This document shows, piece by piece, positions 1 to 12,710 of a stretch of DNA of 64,000 nt. The notes beneath the pieces were generated by a model. The model was not told the origin of the DNA. It saw nothing but the letters and a program-made list of their open reading frames with translations, and made no database searches. The position numbers and the translations under genes are program-made. How positions within the stretch are numbered: position 1 is the first letter of the stretch; each line of letters opens with the position of its first letter. The stretch covers positions 10,354,001 through 10,418,000 of the forward strand of contig OZ024749.1 of assembly GCA_964016885.1 (NCBI GenBank), in the 5' to 3' direction. Origin of the DNA: Eledone cirrhosa (taxonomy: Eukaryota).

Positions 1-19
1 GATTTTCCTCCTCCCCTAT

Positions 20-330
20 AAATATTTGAATTGACAAACCACAAGAAATCATATTAGTGAGACATTCTTTGAAAAGTACAAAACTTAGGACTGCATCACA
101 TTAAATTGAAGTCTTTATTTTAGTTTACTACACATTTTTCATAATAATCTGCCCACTAGTAAAGATACTATAAACATTTGAATTAACAAACCATTTAAAA
201 TCACGTTAGTCAGACATTCTTGTAAAGTACAAAACGCCACTAGGACTGCATCACATAAAACATTAGTCTTTACTCTAATACTGCAAGTTTTCACAACAAT
301 CTGTCCACTGATAAACATTACAGAAACAAT
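20..330. repeat. Diverged tandem duplication, ~152-bp period, 2 copies
   Basis: atttgaatt(g/a)acaaacca...gacattctt..aaagtacaaaac..taggactgcatcacat...aatctg(c/t)ccact occurs at ~20 and ~172. Confidence 0.7.
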
Positions 331-862
331 CACTTGAAAAACATAACAAAAACATTGTTGAAAATATGACATGTTCCAGAATATTATTTGAACTTTGACC
401 TGCCCTTCCCTATCTCCACAGTCCCCACACACCCCAAAATGTAAAGATGAGAAAGTAAGTTGTTGTTTTTTTTTTTAAATATATTTGTTTTATTTATTAA
501 TTATTGCTAAAGATTTTGTAAAAATTTTTTAGTAAATAAATTACATTTTTTTTCCTAAGAACTTTTTGTTTACAATTTTCAAAGAAATTATAATATAAGA
601 AAAATGAAAATCATCATTATTATTAACATTTTTATTATTATTATTATTATTGAATGCTATGGTTGACGGAGGCTCGGCTTTGTAAGGTATTGTGGATTTT
701 GACCGCTATAACAATTGTAAATTGTTTGAAACTTTAACCAATAGACAGAAGCACCCTCCTCCTCGTGAGAGGGGTCTTTCTGCTCGTTATTTGGCCCTTC
801 GGGGTTGAGTAGCCGCTTATTGGGGTTTTGTGCCCAATATTTGTTTTAAACAAAAAAACAAC

Positions 863-2934
863 ATGGCTACGAAAAAGAATTTTCATAGGTCACTCCCACT
901 CATTCCGTCTTCTTTTTCCTCAATCGTCACTACAGCAGAGAGAAGATTGTCTCTCTCCCTCCCTTCTCTTTCGCAAGCGACGCCAGAAAAGAAAAATCAT
1001 CTGCAAAGCGAGCAAGATTTCTCGACAACGACAACGACGAAAAAGGTGTGCGGGAAATACGAAAACCCATTTCATTCGTCTGACGTCAGGAATAATAGCA
1101 GTAGCAGCCGTAATAAAAGCAGCAACAGTGACAATGAAAACAACAGTAGCAGCCGCAACAGCAGCAGCATAAACAACAACAGCATTGGCAGCAACGGCAA
1201 CAGCAGCAGCAACAACAACAACCACAGCAACAGCGGCGGCAGTAGTCGTAGTACCTGCAGCAGCAACAAAAGTGACAGCAGCTCTGACGACAACAACAAC
1301 AACAACAACAGCAGCAAAGAAAAACCAATCTCGTTTGCAGGTATCGCAAAGAACCTGGAAACCATCCTCATAACAAATGAGGAATTAGAGGAAGCGAAGA
1401 AGATGGTGACAAAAACTGGACACCAAGCAATCTGCAAGGCAGCCGAAAAATTTTTCAAAACCCAACAGCACTGTACGGTCACGTACCGTACAGTAAGTAC
1501 AAAATCCCGTAGGGTTGGAAAAGCCAGAGGCTCAAATACAAAAAGCCTTGGGGTCTGTGTGGCAGCGGAAAACGCACGTCACCCGAGGCAAGAAATATGC
1601 CACCGTAGACGTACTTTTTGCCACACCCCAGGAGGCAAAGGCTCAATCCTTACGGACCCTAAGGAGCGAGGAAATGGTGCCCTCCTACTGTGGGCAAAAA
1701 ATTGTGAGGGTCAAACTGACCCCCCCCCCCCCCCCCCCGGGATGGCCCCTTCTTGGTTGGCCGCGTCTGTCCTCGTCGGAATCGAGGACAAAACAACTGT
1801 ACTGCAAGTACAGAAAAAAGTAAGAGAAGATTGGGTCGGCACCTCCATTGAGATGTTAATCCAAACCAACCAGGAGTGCATCGAAGCTATCCCGGATGTG
1901 ATAGACTTCGATAACGGCACTTAACTGCCCATAAGTGTTGAGGGCAAACGCCCGAAATGCTTTCACTGTGGATCGAAGACTCACCTCAGGGCCTTCTGCA
2001 ACGAGAAGACCCTGAGAAAGGAGAAAACCCCCCTCCTTCTGAAACCGGCTCCACGGCTACCAGCAACAGGACAAGCGGCAACCAGGAACGATAGGTCCGT
2101 AGCACCCATACCCACGCCACGAAAATCAAAAACAGCAGTAGCAGTGGAAGTATTAACAACAACAACAGCAATACCAAATGCAGCTGCAACAGAGACTCCA
2201 GTGCAAACATCACCAACAAGTGAAAGAGTGGAACTGGTACCCCTCCCCGACCTCACAGAATCAGACATGGAGTGTGAGGTGGGAGAGGGATGGCAAAAGG
2301 TCGTAAGAAGGCACAAACGCAGAAGCAGCGCATCGTCGCCTTCAAAAAGGGAGGAAAGAAATGAAAAAAGGGTAAAGGCTACTGTAAAGAGACTCACAGC
2401 AGCAACACCACCAACACCATCACCACCCACACTAGCACCACCATCACCACCGGCGACAACCCCACCGCCAACAACAACACCTTCAACACCACCACCACAA
2501 GCACCAACATCGCAAACACAACAACAAAACACACACACCCAGCAACAACGACAAGAAAATAGCAGAACCACACCCCACCCCCCAGAAAAACAAATGCACG
2601 GCAATAAATACACACAACAAGAAACTAATGACTTACATAATTGAACACAGACATTTCACAACACGACTACATAATACCAGCACCAATCAAAACGCCAACT
2701 AACATAAGACTGCTAAAAGTAGCACAGAAACAATACACAAACATTAAAACGAAATTCCCCAACGCAGTTGGTGATTTCAGAGACCTAGGAGGGACCCTCA
2801 ACCGAAGAGTATATTCGGACATACTCATAGAAGAGACGACGACCAGCCGAAGGGACGATTCAACGGTCCCTTCACTAGACGATCAAGTGAAAAGGGATGG
2901 AAAAACCATCCTTCCTCTACGAAAAGTACGGTAA
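863..2934 (+). pseudogene. ORF1 (gag-like nucleic-acid-binding protein) of the L1/Tx1 element, disrupted
   Basis: ATG at 863; frameshifts near 1510 and in the poly-C at 1720-1738; stop at 1922; then VEGKRPKCFHCGSKTHLRAFC (CX2CX4HX4C, ~1940-2000); N/S- and P/T-rich low-complexity tracts. Confidence 0.75.
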
Positions 2935-2968
2935 GTGGTCTTTCCCATCTTTCCACTCTATTTTAAAC

Positions 2969-4637
2969 ATGACCTCACTCAGAATAGGCAGCATAAATGC
3001 GCGTGGCTTGGGGTCGTCATGGAAGCAGGGTCACCTGCTCAACGACCTCAGGTCACTAAACATATATGTAGTGGCCATCAGCGAGACCAGAATCTCCGAA
3101 GCACGGGCCTTCGCACCGATCTTCGGTGGCTACGATGTGTACGCATCTCCCAGCCGTCCTGGATCGGGGGGAAGAGTTGCTGTGCTTTTTCGGAGAGGTT
3201 TGAATCTCGCCATACGGGCCATCTTCCTGAACTCAGAGGGTAAGTTGGTGGTGCTGGACGTGACCAGCGGAGACGGGCAAGCTTTCAGGCTAGTGGCCGT
3301 CTATGCCCCGACAGGAGCAGGGCGACCTGATTTCTTCCGGCGTCTGGAGACCTTTCTTGGAACGTCCCGCTCTTTAGTGTTAGTGGGCGACTGGAACGGG
3401 ATCTTAGATGCACGCTGGGACTGTGTGGGATTAGCGGATAGGGGTGGAGGGTGCAAGAGCCTCACCAACCTGCTCAGGCGTTTTGAACTGTCTGACAGGT
3501 ACCGATTGGATTTCCCGAATGTGCCAATGTGGACTTGGACAAATCGTATAGGGTCATCCAGATCATATCTAGATAGACTATTTTGTAGGGAAATAGATAG
3601 GTCTAGCATAGGCTGTCCACAATTCAAGATAGTCAGCTACATGGACCACAAATTCGTGATCTGTGTGCTTGACTTAGATAGGCTTCATAGACGAGGACCC
3701 GGCTATTGGAAGCTAAACGCGTCCTTACCAGCGCGCAAGGCCTACAGAGACCGGATTAGCGAACTAGTTAAGCGGGCGTTGGCGGGGGCCATCGCCAACA
3801 ACAAGTGGTGGTTTGCTCTGAAAAGAGCGAATAGAATCGATTAGGTTTAGTAAGGCTTTAGCAATAGAGAAAAATAGAGCAGAGGGAGAATTAGTTAGAA
3901 AATTAGACGAGGCGCTTAGCAAAGGCATTGCGACCGACGTGCTTGCGGCGAATTTGGCCCTTGACCAATTCTTCAATGCAAAGCACGAAGGCTGCGTTGT
4001 CAGAGCTAGGGTGCGTGCTCTCAGACACGAGGGGACGAAAGCCGTTCAATGGGCCCGAGTGGCAGAGGCGCGTCGTGGCAACAAAGCCACGATCCGGTCT
4101 TTGGTGGACCACGACGGGCGCATGCTACTCGATCCCGGGCAAATGTGTGAAGCTTTTCAGCGACACTTCGCTCAGCTGTTCGGGGGCAGTGGTGGGCCGG
4201 ATCGAGGGATGGACTTTAGTGTCTACCTCGACGGACTGCTGCGGCTCTCGGCCACTGAAGCGGAATGTTGCGAAAAGCCGATAACAGCCGCTGAAGTAAG
4301 GGAGGCAATGACTGGCTGCACAAGGGGTAAATCGCCTGGTTTGGATGGTCTGCCCTATGAACTTTACGTACAGATGCCAGACTTGTTCGGAGGCCTCTTG
4401 GCGGACGTCTACTGCAACTGGCAACAGAACGGGAGAATTCCCAGTTCTGTGAGCCGAGGAGCGGTGGCACTGCTGAGAAAGGATCCGAACAAGGGGGATA
4501 ACATAGATAATTTCCATTATTGCTACTTTCACCCGAAAAAGGCACTCAGTCCCAGCCAATTCCATGAAAGATGGGTAAAAGTAGCAATAATGGCCCGTGT
4601 AAGTGGGCCATCTCTCTATATCGGCTTGTACAGGTAA
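2969..4637 (+). pseudogene. ORF2 of the L1/Tx1 element: APE endonuclease, linker and RT start; most of RT deleted
   Basis: SINARGL, AISETR, VAVYAP, LVGDWN, SYLDR, MDHK, GPGYWKLN; frameshift ~3840; GKSPGLDGLPYELY; RT breaks after KGDNIDNF (4513), then a C-terminal-like FHERWVKVAIMARV. Confidence 0.85.
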
Positions 4638-5450
4638 GAGAAGAAGGGAGCCCCCCCCCCTCTCTCTGTGCTCCCTGGCAGAAAGGTCGCACACTTTCTA
4701 CGGGGGCGTGTGTGACCCCAAAAGGCTAATAAATCGCAAAAAAACAAACAAACAAAAAAGGGGCAAATAAAGAAATCTATGCCCCAGTGGCAAAAAAATA
4801 AAAATAAATAAATCTATATTTCTTTTAACGGCTAAAAAAAAGGGGAATGTAAATTTGTTGGAATAGCCTCATACATTGAAGTAAGCAGCAACTGCAGCAA
4901 GTAAGCGGCATTTAGACAGCTAAAATTGGATATCGCCCGGTTAGGGTTAGGGACGAGCTAAAAATACAGAGAATAAAAAAATTGAACGGAGAAGAAAAAT
5001 ATTGTGATTTCACTTAACGGATATAAACGACGGGAGGAACTATAGGCAGGGTTCACCGCTTACTGAGACGTAAACTTTCATTTTTGACAGACAAAAACAA
5101 ACCAGTGCCCCTTTTTTTTTCTCTTCATGAAAGAATTACATTTTACGTACTTTTTAAAAAGTTAAAACTGGGATTCTTCAATTTTTATAAGGTTTGAACA
5201 ATTTTGTTGAATTACTGGCAGTATATACGTTTCCTTATTGTTTTATGTAATTATGTATACATATTACATTATGTATACATAATTACATTATTTGTCTCCG
5301 TATCGGAGTATATAAAAATATATACTCAGAGTATATAAAAATATACCTTGATATGTGTATACTAAGAGTAAAATATGGTTTTATGTTTGAACAGTTTTAT
5401 TGAAACGTATATTTTATTAAATATTTTATCGAACATGTCTATTATTTGAT

Positions 5451-5895
5451 GAAGCTTTCTCGTGCAACTGGTACCTGGCGGCTCGCCTAATAGAGGTAAC
5501 TGGCGAATCTCGCGAGGGTGCTTGGCTGTTCCAGCGCATCAGCCTCGCCATCACCCGAGGCAATACTGCCAGTGTGCTGGCTTGCCTCAAAAATCATTAG
5601 AGAGGTTGCTCAGTACTCCTGGCTGCTGTCTTTTGCTCTGGTGTTGGCTCCGTTGTTCACCCCTTCCTTTATATTTTCTTTAATATTGCAACATTAAAGG
5701 AATATATCCTTCTGACGGAATCGCGAGCAATTTATAATGTTATCTAAGCGTTTGTAATGTTATTTATGTATATATTTAAAACATATTTGTTATGTTATTC
5801 TACTGTAAATTTATTTATATGTTCTTTTTATATTTTCATTCTGAAAGAATTGCAGACGATTTGTAATGTATTTATACAACTATGAATAAAAATTT
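5451..5895 (+). mobile_element. 3' end fragment of a CRE-clade non-LTR retrotransposon
   Basis: Encodes RLIEVTGESREGAWLFQRISLAITRGNTASVLACL, typical of the CRE C-terminus; 3' UTR 5606-5895 matches 9040-9410 in reverse complement. Confidence 0.75.
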
Positions 5896-6168
5896 AAATT
5901 ACTGGTAACTTGAATAAGAAAATTATTTCTCAATTTTTCCAAATTAGTTGCAGTATATATATACATCTGTGTTATGTTTGAACAGTTTTATTGAAACGTA
6001 TTTTTAGTTCCCTGGATAGTAAATATTTTATCGGACACCATTGATAAAAGTAGGCGCAACATGTCCCAAGAATACAATTTTTATTTCACGAAGCTTTCTC
6101 ATGCAACTTTAATAAGGAAAATATTTTACCAAATTAGTTGCTGTATGTATATGTATATATATATATAT

Positions 6169-7220
6169 ACAACAGATGCTCTCTTCATAGTGAGGCAACT
6201 ACAAGAGAGGTTTTTAGAGAAGAATAAGCCACTATACTTAGCTTTTGTTGACTTAGAGAAAGCCTTTGATAGGGTACCCCGATCTGTCATCTGGTGGTCC
6301 CTAAGGAAACTAGGTGTAGAGGAATGGCTTGTGAGGACAGTGCAAGCTATGTGCAGGGGTGCTGTCAGTAAAGTGGGAATAGGAGTGGAGTTTAGTGAGG
6401 AATTCCAGATACAAGTAGGTGTACATCAAGCTTCTGTCCTCAGCCCACTCTTGTTCATTATAGTCCTCCAAGCCATAACGGAGGAGTTTAAGACTGGATG
6501 CCCATGGGAATTTCTCTATGCTGATGATCTGGTTCTTATAACAGAATCAGTAAAGGAGCTAGAGAATAAATTCTGGCTATGGAAACAAGAGGCGTGAGAG
6601 TGAACATAGCTAAAACAAAGGTGTTAAGTAGAAAAGAGGACAATACTTTGATTCCATCAGGGAAATGGCCATGTTCGATATGTAGGAAAGGAACTGGCAT
6701 AAATTCCATAAAATGTACACAATGCAGATCTTGGGTACACAAGAGATGTAGTGGGATAGCAGGCAAACTAACAGGTAGGGAAAACTACATATGCAGTAGA
6801 TGTACAGGGAAAGTTGGCAGTAGTAATCACTGTGATAGACTCATTTTTCCAATGCAGGTGGGTTCTATAGAAGTAGTTGATAGCTTCCGGTACCTAGGTG
6901 ATCAGATTAGCATGGGACGGAGGAGGGGGTGTTCCGAGGCCATAGTATCTAGAATAAGGACAGGTTGGAAGAAGTTTAGGGAGCTGCTACCTGTGTTGAC
7001 AAAGAAGAGTTTCTCCATGCGTATGAAAGGACGGTTATATGATGCCTGTGTGAGATGCGCGATGCTACATGGTAGTGAGACATGGGCAGCAACTGCAGAA
7101 GATATGCGACGGCTGGAGAGAAATGAAGCAAGTATGCTCTGTTGGATGTGCAATGTCAATGTGCATGAACGACCAACCCTTGCAAGCAGGAAAAAGCGGG
7201 CGTAAAATGATGATGATGAT
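6169..7220 (+). mobile_element. RTE-clade LINE fragment (family C): RT + PHD, 5'-truncated, internally deleted
   Basis: [39 protein letters not shown]; frameshift ~6580; starts at a (TA)n tract and ends in (GAT)n. Confidence 0.9.
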
Positions 7221-7229
7221 ATATACATT

Positions 7230-7263
<34 letters not shown>

Positions 7264-7790
7264 TTATAATATATATATATATTAATTTATTAAAATAACA
7301 GATTAAAGTTTAAGCTAAGGGTGAAAGCAGCGATTCTTTGCTTAAACTTTAATCTGTTATTTTAATAAATATTTGCTCTACGGTTCTTATATATTTGATA
7401 TATATTTATCCTTATCGAGCCCTCTTTGGATTTTAGTCTTCAAATTTATTATTATTACTATATATATATATATACATTTATTATATATATATACATTTAT
7501 TATATATATACATTTACAATATATATATATACATTTATTATATATATATATACATTTATTATATATATATATATATATATACATTTATTATATATATATA
7601 TATACATTTATTATATATATATACATTTATTATATATATATACATTTATTATATATATATACATTTATTATATATATACATTTACAATATATATATATAC
7701 ATTTATTATATATATATATATATATACATTTATTATATATATATATATACATTTATAATATATATATAAAATAATAATAATATTATTTAT
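7221..7790. repeat. (TA)n array punctuated by CATTTAT, with an internal hairpin insert
   Basis: Repeated acatttat(ta)n; 31-bp perfect inverted repeat within ~7285-7370. Confidence 0.95.
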
Positions 7791-7951
7791 AGTTATATAT
7801 ACACTATATACAACTATAAACAGGGAAGGTCAGTAATTCATTACTACCTTATTACCAGTAACATAAATAGCTCAATGTAAATACATGAGATATTTTACAG
7901 AGCAGGAATATAAATTACACAATAATCAAAGCTATGTTCAAATCCTTTTAT

Positions 7952-7998
7952 TGCTGACAATCGTTTCTTCCAAACTTTCGGTTGGAATCATCGGAGCA
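7952..7998 (-). ncRNA. Minimal type-I hammerhead ribozyme motif (family HH-A)
   Basis: Minus strand: ugcu CCGAUGA uuccaacc gaaa guuuggaa GAAA C gauu GUC agca. Confidence 0.7.
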
Positions 7999-8090
7999 CT
8001 AGCAAAGTTTGGACAAGTAATTAACTTCCTATTCAACTGAACAATCATATAGATACATGGATATTAATGTTGTCAACAGTTTCGTATTTA

Positions 8091-8322
8091 CAGAGTGGAA
8101 TGCATGTGACAGAGATTACAAAAGAATAGTATAATAATTAAAGAGGCACAGAGTGGAATGCATGTGACAGAGATTACAAAAGAATAGTATAATAATTAAA
8201 GAGGCACAGAGTGGAATGCATGTGACAGAGATTACAAAAGAATAGTATAATAATTAAAGAGGCACAGAGTGGAATGCATGTGACAGAGATTACAAAAGAA
8301 TAGTATAATAATTAAAGAGGCA
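8091..8322. repeat. 58-bp minisatellite, 4 identical copies
   Basis: cagagtggaatgcatgtgacagagattacaaaagaatagtataataattaaagaggca starts at 8091, 8149, 8207 and 8265. Confidence 0.95.
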
Positions 8323-9236
8323 TTAGGCAGAAAGTTACTCGTAAAACGAGGACACTAGCAGTACATATGCAAGCGTATAGAGTGCAAATGCGTTAGCATT
8401 ATATAAAAGGGATTCATGTATATTAGCACAAGGAATTTAACTAATTGGAGCTGTAAACAACTATACATTTTTTTCTATTTTTTCTATCATATACAAATTA
8501 ATCGCTAATTACCTCCCCTATCACATTAGCTCCCCTTAATATAGATCTCAAACTCACTTCCAGAAATTAAACCGTTAGAAGAATCAGTTCAGAACTCGAA
8601 CCCTGGATAACAGTATAATAGGATCAATATACAATCAATAGCTGTAACTAATTATAAAAATTCACTAAAATAAAATATAACCAATGTAATGGAAAAGATA
8701 ACAATAATATTAATACTCTCAACACATGCACATTTGAACATTACAGAAACAATTATCACACTACATCCACCATAAACTCATAATTTTAGTACACAAACAT
8801 CTTTGCCTGCTTGATATGCTTGTAAACTTATGTTATTTTATGTGACACCTTTGCCATACAGTAATTTCATATGCCTAGTACTATTGCTTGTTTCCTACCT
8901 AGCTGTCCTGTATATGCTAACGCATTTTCACTCTCTATACGCTTGCAAATGTACTGTTAGTGTCCTCGTTTTACGAGTAACTTTCTGCCTAATGCTTCTT
9001 TAATTATTATACTATTCTCTTTTTATCTTTAAAAATATAAACAGTTTTATTCACAGTTGTATAAATAACATTACAAATTGTTCACAATTCTTTCAGAATG
9101 AAAATATTAACACATAATAATTGCAATTAATTATTAACATATATAATGACACAATGCTTACAGGAAAGTCATAAAATCACTTATATCAACAGAACTTGAT
9201 ATATGCCTCGGTAACACTACAAAGGATGATATAATG

Positions 9237-9315
9237 AAAGTGTTGATGAGTAGAAAAGAGGACAAAACTCTGATTCCGTCAGGGAAATGGCCATGTTCGA
9301 TATGCAGAAAAGAAC
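9237..9315 (+). mobile_element. ~78-bp RTE fragment embedded in the CRE 3' UTR
   Basis: [25 protein letters not shown], close to 6617-6690. Confidence 0.75.
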
Positions 9316-9410
9316 AAAATTCTGATTCCATCAAAGAAATTGTAAAGGAAGGGGTGAACAACGGAGCCAACACCAGCGCAAAAGACGACAACGTCGCGAG
9401 TCCTGGGCAA

Positions 9411-10909
9411 CCTACACGTCCACTTTACAGTGTGGACTGGGTGCTTTTTTTGCCGTGGCACCTCCACGACCACCTTGCAGTGTGGGGGCATATTGTCTAT
9501 ATGCTTCAGCTTATACCCATGGGAGGTCGGGTACTCTGTATTACTGCATGACGCCAGAGGTCACGGTCGTGTGTCATTGCCTTTGAGAGGTGTAATTGGG
9601 TAAGGTCAGCTTTTATCACCTCATCCCAGGTCATCTTGGGTCTCCCCACTCCGCGGTTTCCATCGACTTCTAGTGCTCTGCACCTTTTTATGCAGCTGTC
9701 ATCATTCATATGCATCACTTGTCCATACCAGCGCAACCGCCTCTCCTGCACACAGCATTTGATTCCTCTTATGCTCAGTCTCTCTCTCAATTCATTTATG
9801 CTTTGTCGTTCACGTATATTACTGTTACACATCCATCGGAGCATGCAGGCTTCGTTTCTCTCTAATCTACATAAGTCTTCCACCTTCAGCACCCAGGTCT
9901 CATTACCATGCAACATTGCTGTTCGGATACACGCATCATACAGTCTGCCTTTCATTCGGAGGGAGAAGCCTTTTGCAGCTAGCAGTGGTAGTAGTTCCCT
10001 AAACTTCTTCCATCCCGTTCTTACCCTAGTTATTGTACTTTCTGAACACCCACCTCCGCTGCTAATTCGATCACCTAGGTAGCAGAAGCTGTCTACTGTT
10101 TCTACAGAGCCCTCCCAGAGATTGGTGGTACTTGTTTCCTGTGGCTGTTTGCTGCTTGCTGTCCCAGCACAGCTGCTGCATGTGAAGTCTACATTCTTAA
10201 TTAAGCTTCCTGAGATCCTGCTACATCTCTTGTGTACCCATTGTTTGCATTTGGGGCAGAGAATGGAGTTCCTACCTACACCTTTCCTACATACTGAGCA
10301 AGGCCATTTCCCTGAGGGGATCTGGGTTCTGTTTTCTCGTCTACTTACAAGGATCTTAGTCTTTGTCATGTTGACTTTGAGACCCTTTCTGTCTAGTCCC
10401 TGCTTCCAAGTTTGGAATTTCTTCTCTAGTTCTACCATAGATTCAGCTATGAGTGCGAGGTCATCAGCATACAGGAGTTCCCATGGGTATCCGGTCTTAA
10501 ACTCCTCTGTTATTGCCTGCAGGACTATGATGAACAGGCGGGGGCTAAGAACAGAGCCCTGGTGGACCCCAACCTGTACGCTAAATTCCTCGCTAATCCT
10601 AACTTTGCTGACTGCTCCCCTATATATGGCTTGTACCGCTTTCACAAGCCATTCATCTACTCCTAGTTTTCTAAGAGCCCACCAGATTACAGCACGTGGA
10701 ACTCTGTCAAAGGCTTTCTCAAGGTCGACAAATGCCAAGTAGAGTGGCTTACTTTTAGCTAGGTACTTTTCCTGTAACTGCCTCACAAGGAAGAGGGCAT
10801 CAGTGGTCCCTCTTCCTGGTACAAACCCAAATTGCATCTCGTCTATTTTCACCTGGTCCCTAATCAACTGTGCTATAACTCTTTCTGTTACTTTCATGAC
10901 CTGGTCCAT
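9411..10909 (-). mobile_element. RTE-clade LINE fragment (family B): RT + PHD, truncated at both ends
   Basis: MDQVMKV..QFGFVPGRGTTDA..YADDL..FCYLG..RRLRWYG; open to the stop at 9506; 3' UTR lacks the (GAT)n tail seen at 31529. Confidence 0.92.
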
Positions 10910-12497
10910 GACAGGCTGAAAAATGTAGCTGGCCGACAGATCAAAGTATTTGAGGGTCTTACTCCACTCGGCTGCAGAAGCTGTGGCTCTCGTCCTAACT
11001 GCAGCATCCAGGATGTGGGAAAGAGTCACTAACAGTGACGTCCCAGACAAGGCACCTGCCTCTCGACCAGGGGCACAGGGTAAGACCGTCAGGTCTTTTG
11101 CCATCATTTCTGGACAACCCAGATGGTTCCAAGACTGAGGGGGATATTTGCCTGGGCCAAAGCTCTCTTGAGGATGAGGTTTAGCTCTGTGTGAAGCGGC
11201 CAGCATTTAGGCGGCAAAAAAGACTGTGGAGGCCTGTAGAGTCGAGGAGTTTGCCGCATCAGCACCTCAAACCCATGCAGACGTCGGCTCCCACTCTGAG
11301 GGCGATGGAGACGCTGAGTTGGCCACGGGTAGGGCATCGACCCAGTCGCCTGAGTATTTGGGGCTGGCAGATAGTAAGCGGCACCTTGCAAACTGATCTG
11401 ACTGGACGAAGAGGGAGTCGAAGGTGGCCTTCGAACTTATGCTGTCCCCAGTTCTCTGACTTCGACTGTCTTCCACCTTCTCAGGAAGAGACAAGCCCAA
11501 CTCACTCCATTGCTGGAGAGCTTCACCCAACTCCCTGTTGGAACTAGTCCATGTTGGAGAGGAGAGGATGCTGCTCACCAGGGTGGAGCAAGCGTGGGTG
11601 GAGGAAATGAAGCAGGGGAGAGAGAGGGACGAACACTTATGGAGCCCAAGACCCCCAAATCGCTTGGGCAACGCAGCCTGATCGCGGGACTCCAGAGAGA
11701 GTTTAACATTGACCAGACACTCAAGTCTCTCGAAGATCAGGTCGTCGAAACGTTGGAGGCAGGACGGAAATCTGAGAGGGGCTGACCCTGAGCAGATACA
11801 GAAGCTTAGTAATAGACAGGTAGTTCCTGAGTAAGAAGAAACCTTGATGGGGTTCGATAACTTCGATATTCCTCAGCAGCTGCTCAAGGCTAGCCATCTT
11901 CGATTGGAAGGTTGACTCAAAGGCCAGATCTGTGATTGGGGCGCCTAAGGAGCACCAAGCCGACGGGGAAGGGACCGCGATGGAAGGGAAGGACTCTGCG
12001 AATAGGTCGATCAGCTGTTGGTGTTGAGAAGCCGGGTGGTTGAGGATGCAGAGCTCACATTTGGGGCTATTGATCTGGAGACCCCGGCGGCCAAGCTCCT
12101 CCACCATCCTGTTGGCAGTGGCGAGAACCTTATTCGGAGTTCCCTCCAAACAGGCGTCGTCAAGGTACTAGACATTGAGGTCCAACTCAGCCGCCATCTT
12201 GGTGACGTCATCAATGCCCAGTGCAAACGGTGCGGGCTGGAGTAGGTCAGCCTGTTGGACCCCTGAGACAGAGATGATGATCTGGTCACCGAAAGAGAGG
12301 TAGAAGGGCTCCCGATAAGCCTGCCAAGCAAAGTGGTAGAGTTGTGGGACCCTGTTTCTTACTGAGCCGAGGACGATGTCGCGGCTGACGGAGTCACATC
12401 CATTCCACTCTGTAAATACGAAACTGTTGATACATCCATGTATCTATATGATTGTTCAGTTGAATAGAAAGTTAATTATATGTCCAAACTTTGCTAG

Positions 12498-12544
12498 TGC
12501 TCCGATGATTCCAAACGAAAGTTTGGAAGAAACGATTGTCAGCA
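12498..12544 (+). ncRNA. Minimal type-I hammerhead ribozyme motif (family HH-A)
   Basis: tgct CCGATGA ttccaaac gaaa gtttggaa GAAA C gatt GTC agca; perfect 8-bp stem II with a GAAA tetraloop. Confidence 0.75.
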
Positions 12545-12596
12545 ATAAAATGATTTGAACATAGTTTTGTTATATATATAACTATATATATATAGT

Positions 12597-12627
<31 letters not shown>

Positions 12628-12663
12628 TACACAATAAACAAAACTATGTTCAAATCATTTTAT

Positions 12664-12710
12664 TGCTGACAATCGTTTCTTCCAAACTTTCGTTTGGAAT
12701 CATCGGAGCA
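12664..12710 (-). ncRNA. Minimal type-I hammerhead ribozyme motif (family HH-A)
   Basis: Exact reverse complement of 12498-12544. Confidence 0.75.

Larger units (their letters stand above)
740..4760 (+). mobile_element. L1/Tx1-clade non-LTR retrotransposon, decayed and internally deleted
   Basis: ORF1 with a CCHC knuckle; ORF2 with APE endonuclease and the start of RT; short ORF2 C-terminus; AATAAA at ~4728 followed by an A-rich tail to ~4760. The 5' boundary is approximate. Confidence 0.85.
7790..9020 (-). mobile_element. Non-coding Penelope-like terminal (pLTR-like) element with hammerhead, family HH-A
   Basis: Hammerhead at 7952-7998; internal inverted segment 8297-8399/8914-9018; abuts (TA)n; homologous to 12393-12733. 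Confidence 0.55.
9040..12376 (-). mobile_element. CRE-clade non-LTR retrotransposon (RT + restriction-like endonuclease), 5'-truncated, degraded, interrupted by RTE fragments
   Basis: Across frameshifts in 10910-12376: [82 protein letters not shown]; 3' UTR remnants at 9040-9410. Confidence 0.8.

Noticed and set aside
920-2615. Poly-Cys/Leu/Val/Ala ORFs on alternative frames
   Set aside because: Shadows of the (CAA/CAG)n low-complexity tracts in L1/Tx1 ORF1.
4939-4952. Telomeric TTAGGG repeats as an insertion target
   Set aside because: Only two units, and not at an element junction.
8091-8322. CRISPR-like periodic array
   Set aside because: Identical head-to-tail 58-bp units with no unique spacers, no cas genes and a eukaryotic context.
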